A DNA stretch of 64,000 bases from an uncultured Oscillospiraceae bacterium (GTDB lineage Bacteria; Bacillota; Clostridia; Oscillospirales; Ruminococcaceae). Positions 9,653-18,652 of this stretch are shown here, piece after piece (positions within the stretch are counted from its first letter, which is position 1; each line of letters starts with the position of its first letter). Under the pieces are notes generated by a model. It was not told where the DNA came from. It worked only from the letters and a program-made list of their open reading frames with translations, and made no database searches. The stretch lies in contig CAJJZS010000001.1 of the NCBI GenBank assembly GCA_905197685.1, positions 210,973 to 274,972 on the forward strand, read 5' to 3'. The position numbers were made by a program, and so were the translations under genes.

Positions 9653-10696
9653 ATGCAGGAAGAGAAAAAATGGATTGACTTGCGGAGCGATACCGTAACA
9701 CAGCCGACTCAGCAGATGAGAGAAGCGATGTACCGCGCTCAGGTGGGCGACGATGTTTATGGGGACGACCCGACAATGAAAGAACTGGAGGAAAAAGCAG
9801 CTCGGATGCTTGGAAAAGAAGCGGCTCTTTTTGTCGCAAGCGGCACGATGGGAAATGCGATTGCCGTTATGAGCCATACGCAAAGAGGAAATGAAATTAT
9901 CCTTTCGGATACTGCCCATATTGTAGCGCATGAGGTGGGCGGCGCAGCAATTCTGTCGCAGGCATTTATTCGGACGATCCATTTTGAAAACGGAATTTTT
10001 GATGCAGAACAGATTCGAGCTGCCATTCGAGACAGGGAAAATATCCATTATCCGCGCACAGGGCTTATCTGTGTAGAAGAACCGTTGGCAACCGGAAAAG
10101 TGGTTCCGCTGGAAAAACTCAGACAGGTTTACATGATGGCGCAACAGGAAAAGATTCCGGTTCACCTGGACGGCGCTCGAATTTTTAATGCAGCGACCGC
10201 TCTGGGGGTAGACGTCAAAGAAATTGCAGCCTGTGCCGATTCGGTGATGTTCTGTCTGTCCAAAGGTTTGTGCGCCCCGGTGGGTTCAATACTGGCAGGA
10301 AGCAAAGAGTACATTGAGCAAGCCCGCAGATACCGTAAGCTGTTGGGCGGAGGAATGCGTCAGTGCGGATTTTTGGCAGCAGCAGGTCTGGTTGCGTTGG
10401 AGGTCATGACGAAACGCTTACAGGAGGACCATGACAATGCGAAATATATGGCGCGCCGTTTGCAAAAAATAAAAGGTATTAGCTTAGACATGGATTCGGT
10501 AGAAATTAACATGGTATTTTTCCGCATAGATGCTCCCGAACAAGTGATTCAAACACTGCCGGAGAAGATGTTAGAGGCAGGAATAAAGATTAACGGAATA
10601 GAAGACGGAGAATTTCGTTTTGTCACTACCAACGATACTTCACGGGCAGATATTGACCGTGCTGTGGATGTGTTGGAGGCAATTCTCAACGCATAA
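9653..10696 (+). CDS. ltaE: Low-specificity L-threonine aldolase (PLP-dependent)
   Basis: The N-terminus reads DLRSDTVTQPT, followed by GDDVYGDDPT, the Beta_elim_lyase/threonine aldolase signature. The RBS is ACGGAGG. Confidence 0.85.
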   Translation: MQEEKKWIDLRSDTVTQPTQQMREAMYRAQVGDDVYGDDPTMKELEEKAARMLGKEAALFVASGTMGNAIAVMSHTQRGNEIILSDTAHIVAHEVGGAAILSQAFIRTIHFENGIFDAEQIRAAIRDRENIHYPRTGLICVEEPLATGKVVPLEKLRQVYMMAQQEKIPVHLDGARIFNAATALGVDVKEIAACADSVMFCLSKGLCAPVGSILAGSKEYIEQARRYRKLLGGGMRQCGFLAAAGLVALEVMTKRLQEDHDNAKYMARRLQKIKGISLDMDSVEINMVFFRIDAPEQVIQTLPEKMLEAGIKINGIEDGEFRFVTTNDTSRADIDRAVDVLEAILNA

Positions 10697-10700
10697 ATTG

Positions 10701-10738
10701 ATCCCTCTTGAGAAAAATTCTCAAGAGGGATTTTTTGT
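10701..10738 (+). terminator. Rho-independent terminator after ltaE
   Basis: A 13-bp perfect stem, ATCCCTCTTGAGA/TCTCAAGAGGGAT, is followed by TTTTTT. Confidence 0.7.
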
Positions 10739-10818
10739 CTGAAGGACTTGAATTGATAAATATAATATGATAGGATAAGGAAAACAGGGCGTTAAATAAA
10801 ATGAACGGAGGGAAAAGA

Positions 10819-11745
10819 ATGATAAAACAGAAATTTGCTGTTTTGTGCGCGATTGTTTTTCTTTTGACAGGGTGTGGACAAGAGCAGAAAGAGCCGTTTT
10901 TGCCACAGGAGGAAATTTTATATGGGGAATGGCAGGGGGAAGATTACTATATTCTTTCGCAAAGTACAGAGGGCGGAATTTGCCAAATTGATTGCTATGA
11001 TAAAAATTTACTTCCCAAAACAACAGTTCAGGCAGAAAGTTGGGGAGAACTTGCAGACCATATTCCGCAAGGGTGGATGATTCAGGATTTATATGAAAAT
11101 ACATGGTTTTCTAAACAAGGGAAAATAGAAAAAAGCGAGAATATGGGAGCGCGAGTGAGCCGGACACCAAACGGAGAAATGCTGGCATACACTTTGCCGG
11201 ACAAAACCGGATTTGCGGTACTGTGCAAAGGACAGGAGAAACAATATCAAATGGAATTTGTAACCGATCTTGTTTGTACAGATGACAGTACTGTCTGGAT
11301 AAATCGCTTCGATAAAGCGAATCAAAATACAAGTGTTTTTGTAAATCTTGAGACAGGAGAAATCATTTCGGAAAAAAAGGGAGCGTATACGGTAGAACGC
11401 TGCGGCAATGCAGCAGTATTGCGTCCCTCGATTGTTTTGGGGACGGGGGAAGAATCTGCGTGGCTGTTTGACCCTCAAAAGCAGGAATGGACGAAATTGG
11501 ATTTTATAAACAGTTCGGAAAGTTCGAGCATCCGTTTTAGCTGTAACGGAAATTATGCAGTTGCCGCAAACACAGAACAGGCGCAAATTATTTGTTACAA
11601 AACGAAGGACGGTTCCGAGATTGCTTCTTTTCCGATGGAAGAGGGTTACGATCTTTATCAAAACAGCAAGGTTCATACCGTTTCGTATAACGGGAAAGCA
11701 GTGCTGATTGAAGAATCGGGAATCATTCGACGAATGGAGCGATAA
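10819..11745 (+). CDS. Hypothetical lipoprotein, probably beta-rich and possibly propeller-like
   Basis: A signal peptide with the lipobox LLTGC is present. The ATG at 10819 is preceded by GGAGGG. I see no further recognisable motif. Confidence 0.6.
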   Translation: MIKQKFAVLCAIVFLLTGCGQEQKEPFLPQEEILYGEWQGEDYYILSQSTEGGICQIDCYDKNLLPKTTVQAESWGELADHIPQGWMIQDLYENTWFSKQGKIEKSENMGARVSRTPNGEMLAYTLPDKTGFAVLCKGQEKQYQMEFVTDLVCTDDSTVWINRFDKANQNTSVFVNLETGEIISEKKGAYTVERCGNAAVLRPSIVLGTGEESAWLFDPQKQEWTKLDFINSSESSSIRFSCNGNYAVAANTEQAQIICYKTKDGSEIASFPMEEGYDLYQNSKVHTVSYNGKAVLIEESGIIRRMER

Positions 11746-11747
11746 AA

Positions 11748-11780
11748 AAACAGGAGAACAAAAGTTCTCCTGTTTTTTTA
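11748..11780. terminator. Bidirectional rho-independent terminator
   Basis: The sequence is AAAAAAA-CAGGAGAAC-loop-GTTCTCCTG-TTTTTTT. It lies between convergent genes. Confidence 0.6.
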
Positions 11781-11786
11781 AGAAAG

Positions 11787-13115
11787 TTATAACGGATTGC
11801 CGATGTCGGAAATTTGCTTTTGGAGCTTTTCAAACTCCTGTTCCTTTTCTTCGTTGTACAGCGGAGCATTTGCCTGTTTTTCCAAAAGCTCTACAGTTTC
11901 TTTCGCTGTTTGAACATCTTCTTTTTCAACCGGATGCGGGCTGTATCTTGCTTTGATATAAACCTGACGCAGAGAAGCAAGCGAAGGACGGCTTGCCGGG
12001 GGCAGAGATTTCAACGCAAGCTGCTCTACCGACTGACTGGTTTCCGAATCGGAAAGAATCAATCCCATATGAATACAGGTACGCAGAAATTTTCGATAGT
12101 AAAAGCGTACCGCTGCCCGAGGTTCTTTTGGAGGGAACAAATCTTTCGGAGCAGATTCAGAAGAAAGGTTATCGGGGGCAGCGCCCGCAGCGGCGCGGCG
12201 TTCTCTGCCAAAGCTGCCCTGTCTGCCAACGGGGTGTTTTTTCAGGCGTTTTATCAACAAAACAGTCAAGGCGACAACAATGACAATCAACGCGATGATG
12301 ACAACATATTTCAGATGTTCCGGATTGGACGGGTCAAAAGGGGTGGACATAAATTCGTTGAATCCACCGCCGCCTCCAATAAGGTTTCGTAAATTTTGGT
12401 CAATGCGTCGGGAAAATGCCTGAAGTTGTTCGGCAGGAATCAAGCTGATAATCAGACTGAAAATGCCGCCGATTAACATCATCAGCAAAAGAAGAATCGG
12501 TTTGATTATAAAGTTGTAAATCCCTTGAATCAACATTCCCAATAGGGACAAAAAGGCTTTAGAAGAAAACAGAATGGAAATGAGAATGACGCTTCCCGAA
12601 CAGAGAAGGGTTGCTTTTTTATATTTTTTCTGTTTCCATACCGAAGGACTGTGTCGCAGTCCCTGTGTCAAAACCATATCGCTGCTGACAAAAATGATGA
12701 CAAAAGGAATCAGATGGGAAATCGAGTCCATATCATTCATCGGCAGGACGATAAAGGTAAGAATCAGGGCGATAAAGCCGCATACTGTCAAAAATTTTAC
12801 CTGCTGCTCGTATGAAACAGAAAATCGTTTGAGAACAACAGCGGCGATAATATAGGCGCAAGAGATGGCAAGAAATAAAAAGGTGAATTTTCCTTCGGCT
12901 CCCAAAAAAGCCAGCGGAAGCAGGAAAAGAGGAAAGAAACGCTTCATTTCTCCCGATTCACTCAATTTCATCGCGCCTGCGCCGACCAACGCTAAAAGAA
13001 AGATGGGAAAGTAGTGAAGGTATAAACCGTCAAATCCAAATCCGAAAATTGCGCTGGCAGCAAAAAAGAAGAAAGAAAGGTCGGACAATACTTTAAAAAA
13101 GAAGAAAAAACTCAT
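11787..13115 (-). CDS. DUF4129 (transglutaminase-like) multi-pass membrane protein, third gene of a MoxR operon
   Basis: The N-terminal half is polytopic membrane. The C-terminus reads FYYRKFLRTC...LRQVYIKARYSPHP, which is DUF4129-like. It overlaps the DUF58 gene by 4 nt (ATGA). Confidence 0.65.
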   Translation of the reverse strand: MSFFFFFKVLSDLSFFFFAASAIFGFGFDGLYLHYFPIFLLALVGAGAMKLSESGEMKRFFPLFLLPLAFLGAEGKFTFLFLAISCAYIIAAVVLKRFSVSYEQQVKFLTVCGFIALILTFIVLPMNDMDSISHLIPFVIIFVSSDMVLTQGLRHSPSVWKQKKYKKATLLCSGSVILISILFSSKAFLSLLGMLIQGIYNFIIKPILLLLMMLIGGIFSLIISLIPAEQLQAFSRRIDQNLRNLIGGGGGFNEFMSTPFDPSNPEHLKYVVIIALIVIVVALTVLLIKRLKKHPVGRQGSFGRERRAAAGAAPDNLSSESAPKDLFPPKEPRAAVRFYYRKFLRTCIHMGLILSDSETSQSVEQLALKSLPPASRPSLASLRQVYIKARYSPHPVEKEDVQTAKETVELLEKQANAPLYNEEKEQEFEKLQKQISDIGNPL

Positions 13116-14239
13116 ACCGCTTCCTCCTTTTGCTCAGAATCAGATGTTTGGAAAGAATCGGGGGTAAGCACAATCACTTGGGCGACGGTGCTTTCCTGCA
13201 AGCGATGCAGACTTTCTTCCCAGGACGGGTCAACCTTTGGTGTGATGATGATAAAGTGTTTTCCGGTTTGGATAGAACGGCAGGCGCGGCTGAGGGTGGC
13301 ATTAAAATATTCCGCAGACTGTGGCAAGGCTCTGCCTAAAATCTCCATGACTCGGAAAAAGTGACGGTTGCCGATACCCTGATCGACCGAGCACAGCGAA
13401 CCGATAGGACCGAGAGTGATAGCATTGGTGGAAAAACCGTACTTCATCTGTTTGCTTTCCAGAACTTCGCAGACACCCCTTGCCAAAGAAAAACAGGTTT
13501 CAACGCCTTCGTCCTCCGATTCAAAGGAATTGGGGACAGACTGTACATTGACAAGCACTTCAACGCAGTAGTCGATGGTATGGTCATATTCCTTTACCAT
13601 CATTTTTCCCATACGCGCGCTTTGCGTCCAGCTGATGTCCCGCATCGGTTCTCTGCCGGTATATTCGGAAAAACCGACGGTGAGCATGGGGTCATCGAAT
13701 AAAAATCGCCGAACTGAGATATTTCCCAGGAAATCGCCGAGCAGATGGTCCAGATTCGGATAGGAAATTCGCTCGGGCATAACGATAATTTCTTTATGAA
13801 CCTTAAATTTGTTGCAGTTATCGCGGATTCCCAGAAAATCTCCGCCGTACAGGGTTGCGTCCTGAAGCAGATACCTGCCGCGTTTGGGCAGAGAAACATC
13901 GACAGAACGATAAAAAGCCTGATTGGGCATTAGATAAAAGGTGGAATGAAGGCGGGTCAGACACAATTCGGGGGAAAGATTGCTGTGCATTCGGTCAACC
14001 ACAATATCCTCATCGTGGGGGAATTGCAGTTGGTCGGGGAAATTTTCTACCATTTCCAGATAGGAAAGAAACCAGAATTTGTAATGCCCGATTTTTGTGG
14101 TGATGGTAAATTCCTCGTTCGGTTCTAACAGCGATTGAGAAACCTGCGCATCGTAAGTTATTTTATCCATTCCCTTATATATGGAATAAACCTCTGCCGC
14201 AATCAAAACAGCAAGAAAGAACAACAGTAAAAACAGCAT
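13112..14239 (-). CDS. DUF58 domain protein with N-terminal TM segment and VWA-like fold
   Basis: The typical DUF58 core LGDFLGNISVRRF..GREPMRDISW..EYDH is present. GGAGGG lies 7 nt before the ATG at 14239. Confidence 0.75.
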   Translation of the reverse strand: MLFLLLFFLAVLIAAEVYSIYKGMDKITYDAQVSQSLLEPNEEFTITTKIGHYKFWFLSYLEMVENFPDQLQFPHDEDIVVDRMHSNLSPELCLTRLHSTFYLMPNQAFYRSVDVSLPKRGRYLLQDATLYGGDFLGIRDNCNKFKVHKEIIVMPERISYPNLDHLLGDFLGNISVRRFLFDDPMLTVGFSEYTGREPMRDISWTQSARMGKMMVKEYDHTIDYCVEVLVNVQSVPNSFESEDEGVETCFSLARGVCEVLESKQMKYGFSTNAITLGPIGSLCSVDQGIGNRHFFRVMEILGRALPQSAEYFNATLSRACRSIQTGKHFIIITPKVDPSWEESLHRLQESTVAQVIVLTPDSFQTSDSEQKEEAV

Positions 14240-14278
14240 CAAAATCCCTCCTTTCGTTTTATCAGAATTCAGAACGAA

Positions 14279-15229
14279 TTAGGAGTGAACTTTTTCCAGC
14301 GGAGCAGGAATCTGAGAAAGCATTTTTTCTAAGTATTCTTCCATATCTCCGGTGCGGGTGGTTGCTCCGACCGAGATGCGGTGCGCCAGAACAAAAGGAA
14401 CCAGATAACGCACATCTTCGGGCAGAACATAATCTCTGCCGTTTAAGGCAGCGGTTGTCTGCGCAGCTTTGTACAGGGCGATTGTGCCGCGGGTAGAAAC
14501 GCCCAGCATAAACTGCTGTTCACTTCTTGTTTTGGCGACAATATCCATAATGTATCCCGCAACATCATCGGAAACGGTAATTTGCGGAATCATCTCTTTC
14601 ATTTGGTTGATTTCTTCCATAGAAACAACACATTCCAGTTCTTCCACCAGTTGTACGGAAGGACGGCGGCGCATAACGGCGATTTCTTCGTCGCGGTTCA
14701 TATATCCTAATTTGAGTTTCATAAAGAAGCGGTCAATCTGCGCTTCGGGCAGAGGAAAAGTTCCGTAGGATTCCAGAGGGTTTTGTGTTGCCATAACCAT
14801 AAAAGGTTCATCCAAACGGCTGGTTGTTCCGTCTACCGAGATTTGACGCTCTTCCATCGCTTCCAGCAAGCTGGACTGGGTGCGGGGAGTAGCGCGGTTG
14901 ATTTCATCGGCAAGAATGATATTGGAGAACAAAGGACCTTTCCGGAACTGAAATTCACCGCTTTTCTGATTGTAAAAATTGATGCCTGTCAAGTCGGAAG
15001 GGAGAAGGTCGGGAGTAAACTGGATTCTGCGAAAATCTCCGCCGATTGTTTTGGCAAAAGCGCGCAGAAGCATCGTTTTGCCGGTTCCGGGAACATCTTC
15101 CAACAGAACATGACCGGAGCATAAGAAGGAGGTGAATACAAGGGTGATTGCTTCATCTTTGCCCACGATGACACGACCGCAATTTTTTAAAACCTTTTCT
15201 TTACAGTTGGTGAATACAGAAACATCCAT
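14279..15229 (-). CDS. MoxR-family AAA+ ATPase
   Basis: Walker A GTGKTM and Walker B ILADEINRA are present, with the MoxR signature around them. The start MDVSVF has the RBS AGAAAGAAGG. Confidence 0.85.
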   Translation of the reverse strand: MDVSVFTNCKEKVLKNCGRVIVGKDEAITLVFTSFLCSGHVLLEDVPGTGKTMLLRAFAKTIGGDFRRIQFTPDLLPSDLTGINFYNQKSGEFQFRKGPLFSNIILADEINRATPRTQSSLLEAMEERQISVDGTTSRLDEPFMVMATQNPLESYGTFPLPEAQIDRFFMKLKLGYMNRDEEIAVMRRRPSVQLVEELECVVSMEEINQMKEMIPQITVSDDVAGYIMDIVAKTRSEQQFMLGVSTRGTIALYKAAQTTAALNGRDYVLPEDVRYLVPFVLAHRISVGATTRTGDMEEYLEKMLSQIPAPLEKVHS

Positions 15230-15419
15230 AAAAAAGCCTTCTTTCTGATAGGTTGTTGTTTTTAGAATCGGAAATTGAAGATAGTTTAACATAAAGGAAA
15301 GTCTTTTTCAATAGATTGTAAAAATATTCTATATTTTGTACATGGTCTGCAAAAAAAAAGGTACAATATGCACAAAAGTGTGAATCACCAAACGGAGATT
15401 CACACTTTTTACAGAACAT

Positions 15420-16649
15420 TTATTTTCTTCTGATTTTAGACGGAAGGATTCCGGAAAGATGGAGCAGAGGCGCTTTTTTTGGAGGAACGGTTTTGTAAAT
15501 TCCATAATATACTGTTTGGATATAATTGGCAAGATTTTGCGCTCCGGAATTTTTTACCGACTGAATGACCGAAGCTTTTAATGCGGACAGCTCTTCCGGC
15601 GACATATCTCGCAGCTGACGCAGGCGTTCGCCCATCTCTTTGGCATCGCGGAACATATATCCGTTTACACCGTCCCGAACCTGGTCGGCGTTTAGTTCGT
15701 CATACAGCTGAAGCACAGGCAGACCGCCCGCCATGCCTTCCAACATGGAAATAGAGTTAGTGTCGGACAGGGAAGCGGTGACATAAATGTCACAGGTGTG
15801 GATATAGGGAGGTAAATCCGGGTGCATTACCTTTCCGGTAAATATAACGGTGTCGGTAATGTTCAGCTGCTGCGCCAAAGCTTCCAATTTTGGCTTTTCG
15901 GGACCGTCGCCGATGATGAGCAGATACATATTATCCTGCGGCTTCATTTCCTTTGCCCAGAATTGCAGCAGAACATCGACGCTTTTTTCCTGTCCCAATC
16001 TGCCCACAAAGCAGGCAACGGTGGCGTCGGAAGGAATATGAAATTGTTTGCGGATTGCGTCCCTCTGCTCCGGCGTAGAGGTGCTTGGCGCAAAGGCGTC
16101 CAGCTCCACCGGATTTGGGATAACCTCTACCTTTTTGTCGCTGCCGATTTCTGCCGTGTATTCCTGACACTTTTTGGAAGGTCCGGTGATTGCATCGGCG
16201 CATTTCGGAAAGATACGGAAGTAGCGGTGAGAGAGCTTGGTTGTCAGCGGAACAAGAGGTTTGGGCGCAATATAGTAGATGTAATCGTCGTACATGGTGT
16301 GCAGTGTATATACAATCGGGACGTGCAGAATCTTTGCGATTGCAATTCCGCTGAGTCCGATACTGAATTCATTGTGAATATGGATAATATCCGGGGCAAA
16401 TTCTTTTAAATAATGCAGTCTGGCGCGGCTGACAGGGAAAGCCAAATCCAACCCGTAAATCCGTTTGAGATTGTGCGCGGGACAATGCAGCACATCGTCC
16501 TTGATGTAGTGTCGGCGGGTTTTAGAGTCGGCGGTGACAATCAACACAGTATGTCCAAGCGATTCCAAACCTTCCTTTAAGATTTTGATATGTGTTACTA
16601 CGCCGTTGATTTGCGGCAGATAGGTTTCTGTAAAAATTGCGATACGCAT
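15420..16649 (-). CDS. Family 4 glycosyltransferase (GT-B fold)
   Basis: The N-terminus MRIAIFTETYLPQINGV is followed by a C-terminal E..E motif region. The start at 16649 has GGAGGATG. Confidence 0.8.
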   Translation of the reverse strand: MRIAIFTETYLPQINGVVTHIKILKEGLESLGHTVLIVTADSKTRRHYIKDDVLHCPAHNLKRIYGLDLAFPVSRARLHYLKEFAPDIIHIHNEFSIGLSGIAIAKILHVPIVYTLHTMYDDYIYYIAPKPLVPLTTKLSHRYFRIFPKCADAITGPSKKCQEYTAEIGSDKKVEVIPNPVELDAFAPSTSTPEQRDAIRKQFHIPSDATVACFVGRLGQEKSVDVLLQFWAKEMKPQDNMYLLIIGDGPEKPKLEALAQQLNITDTVIFTGKVMHPDLPPYIHTCDIYVTASLSDTNSISMLEGMAGGLPVLQLYDELNADQVRDGVNGYMFRDAKEMGERLRQLRDMSPEELSALKASVIQSVKNSGAQNLANYIQTVYYGIYKTVPPKKAPLLHLSGILPSKIRRK

Positions 16650-16972
16650 AGTCATCCTCCAATAAAAAAGACTTCTGTCAATATTAAAGTATAGGGCAAA
16701 TGTCCATAAAAAGCAATCCAAAATTTGTTATTTCCGACGATTTATGCAGATAAATCAAAAATAAAGGAATCTGTTATTAAAACGGAGCAGAATTGCAACA
16801 GACTTCACAATTTTCGTCAAAATATTTTTCTTAATCTATATGATTTTAGTATATTATGAAAGAAGCCGCGCAAGACTACTGGACATTCGGGAATATCCCA
16901 TATATAATAAGGGGGTAAATCAAAAACAAAAACATAACCGAATCAACAAAGATTCAGACAGGAGAAAATAAG

Positions 16973-17578
16973 ATGTTAAAAAAACGAATGATTCTTTTAC
17001 TGGCAGCGATGATAACGGCAATATCTGTAAGCGGCTGCGGCGCAGAAACATCCGACAATCAGACTCAAAATACGGCAGAACAGACCGAACAGCAGCAGGT
17101 TTCGGAACAGAAAGGAATTTTTGAAGAAATCAGCATGACCGATATGGACGGCAACGAAGTAGACAGCTCTGTTTTTGCCGAACATAAGCTGACGATGATT
17201 AACATTTGGGCGACTTTCTGCGGACCGTGCTTAAATGAAATGCCGTTTTTAGGCGAGCTTTCCGAAGAGTATGCGCAGCAGGAAGGTTCGATGCAGATTA
17301 TCGGAATTGCTACCGATATTACCGACATGGAGGGTAACCCGATCAAAGAGCAGATGGAGCTTGCAAGGGAGATTACCGAACAAACAGGAGCGGGTTATCT
17401 TCAGCTGGTTCCCGATGATACGATGATTCAGTTTTTAATGGAAAATGTACCGGGAGTGCCGACTACTTTCTTTGTGGACTCCGAGGGGAAATTTGTGGGA
17501 GACGCCATTGTAGGTGCAAGAAGCAAAGAGGAATGGAAAACCGAGATTGAAAGCAGACTTGCTCAGGCGGAGAAATAA
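16973..17578 (+). CDS. TlpA/ResA-like thioredoxin-fold lipoprotein (thiol-disulfide oxidoreductase)
   Basis: A signal peptide with a lipobox (SVSGC) is present. The active site reads WATFCGPC. Confidence 0.8.
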   Translation: MLKKRMILLLAAMITAISVSGCGAETSDNQTQNTAEQTEQQQVSEQKGIFEEISMTDMDGNEVDSSVFAEHKLTMINIWATFCGPCLNEMPFLGELSEEYAQQEGSMQIIGIATDITDMEGNPIKEQMELAREITEQTGAGYLQLVPDDTMIQFLMENVPGVPTTFFVDSEGKFVGDAIVGARSKEEWKTEIESRLAQAEK

Positions 17579-17581
17579 CAG

Positions 17582-17734
17582 ATGGAAAAAAGAAAAATAC
17601 ACGGTTTTGCCTTGCCGACGGTGTTAATTCTGTTTTCGGTTTTGCTGATTGCGGCAGGGGCTGTTCGCGGAGAGGCGCAGTTGGTGCTGACCAAGGCAAT
17701 CAATATTTGCATGGAGTGTATCGGAATTGGCTAA
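17582..17734 (+). CDS. 50-aa membrane micro-protein with C-terminal CMECIG motif (CD1871A-type CXXC protein)
   Basis: The ORF is missing from the 60-aa-cutoff track. It reads [50 protein letters not shown]. It overlaps the next gene by 8 nt, which suggests translational coupling. Confidence 0.5.
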   Translation: MEKRKIHGFALPTVLILFSVLLIAAGAVRGEAQLVLTKAINICMECIGIG

Positions 17735-18617
17735 AAAGAAAAGAAATATTCGCCTGTGGTTTCAGGCAGGGTGGTTTGCCCTTACCAACGGATATGCAAA
17801 AGGCTTTTTGGAAGGAAAAATTTACCGCGGGGCAACCAAGTTTGCCTGCGTTCCGGGCTTGAACTGCTATTCTTGTCCCGGCGCCTTGGGCGCGTGTCCG
17901 ATTGGCTCGCTGCAAGCAGTACTGGACAGCGGAAAATTTCGCTTTTCCTGCTATATCTTCGGCTTTTTGATGTTGTTTGGGGCATTGATGGGGCGTTTTG
18001 TGTGCGGATGGCTTTGCCCGTTTGGATTGGTGCAGGATTTACTGCATAAAATTCCCATCTTTCAAAAGAAGAAAAATTTGCCGGGACATCGCTTTTTAAA
18101 GTATTTAAAATATGTGATTTTAGGATTGTTTGTAATCCTGCTGCCTATGACGATTGTGGGTATAACGGGAATCGGAGATCCGTGGTTTTGTAAATATATC
18201 TGTCCGAGCGGAACGCTGTTCGGAGGAATCCCGCTGCTGGCGGGGAATCCGGCTCTGCGCTCTGCGATAGGATTTTTGTTTAGCTGGAAGATGTTTTTAC
18301 TGCTGCTGATTGTTTTTCTTTCGGTTCGGTATTACCGCCCGTTCTGTAAATATCTTTGTCCGCTGGGGGCAATTTACGGTTTGTTTAATCCCATTGCGCT
18401 GTACCGCTTTACGGTGGACGAGGAAAAATGTACCCGCTGCAAAGGCTGCCAAAGCGTGTGCGGAATGGATATTCCCGTATGGGAAAAACCAAACAGCGTG
18501 GAATGTATCCGCTGCGGCGACTGTAAGGCGTTTTGTCCGACCGGGGCAATCAAAAGCAGCCTGGATAAAATCAAGGCAAATCCTTACGGAGGAATTACTG
18601 AGCAATCTTCTAAATAA
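17727..18617 (+). CDS. NapH/MauN-like membrane polyferredoxin (4Fe-4S binding protein)
   Basis: CxxCP/CP motifs lie in TM-flanked loops ([28 protein letters not shown]). Two ferredoxin clusters follow: [11 protein letters not shown] and [12 protein letters not shown]. Confidence 0.8.
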   Translation: MAKKKRNIRLWFQAGWFALTNGYAKGFLEGKIYRGATKFACVPGLNCYSCPGALGACPIGSLQAVLDSGKFRFSCYIFGFLMLFGALMGRFVCGWLCPFGLVQDLLHKIPIFQKKKNLPGHRFLKYLKYVILGLFVILLPMTIVGITGIGDPWFCKYICPSGTLFGGIPLLAGNPALRSAIGFLFSWKMFLLLLIVFLSVRYYRPFCKYLCPLGAIYGLFNPIALYRFTVDEEKCTRCKGCQSVCGMDIPVWEKPNSVECIRCGDCKAFCPTGAIKSSLDKIKANPYGGITEQSSK

Positions 18618-18652
18618 GATGGTTTTTTAATAAAGAGAAAAGGGGAAAATCG

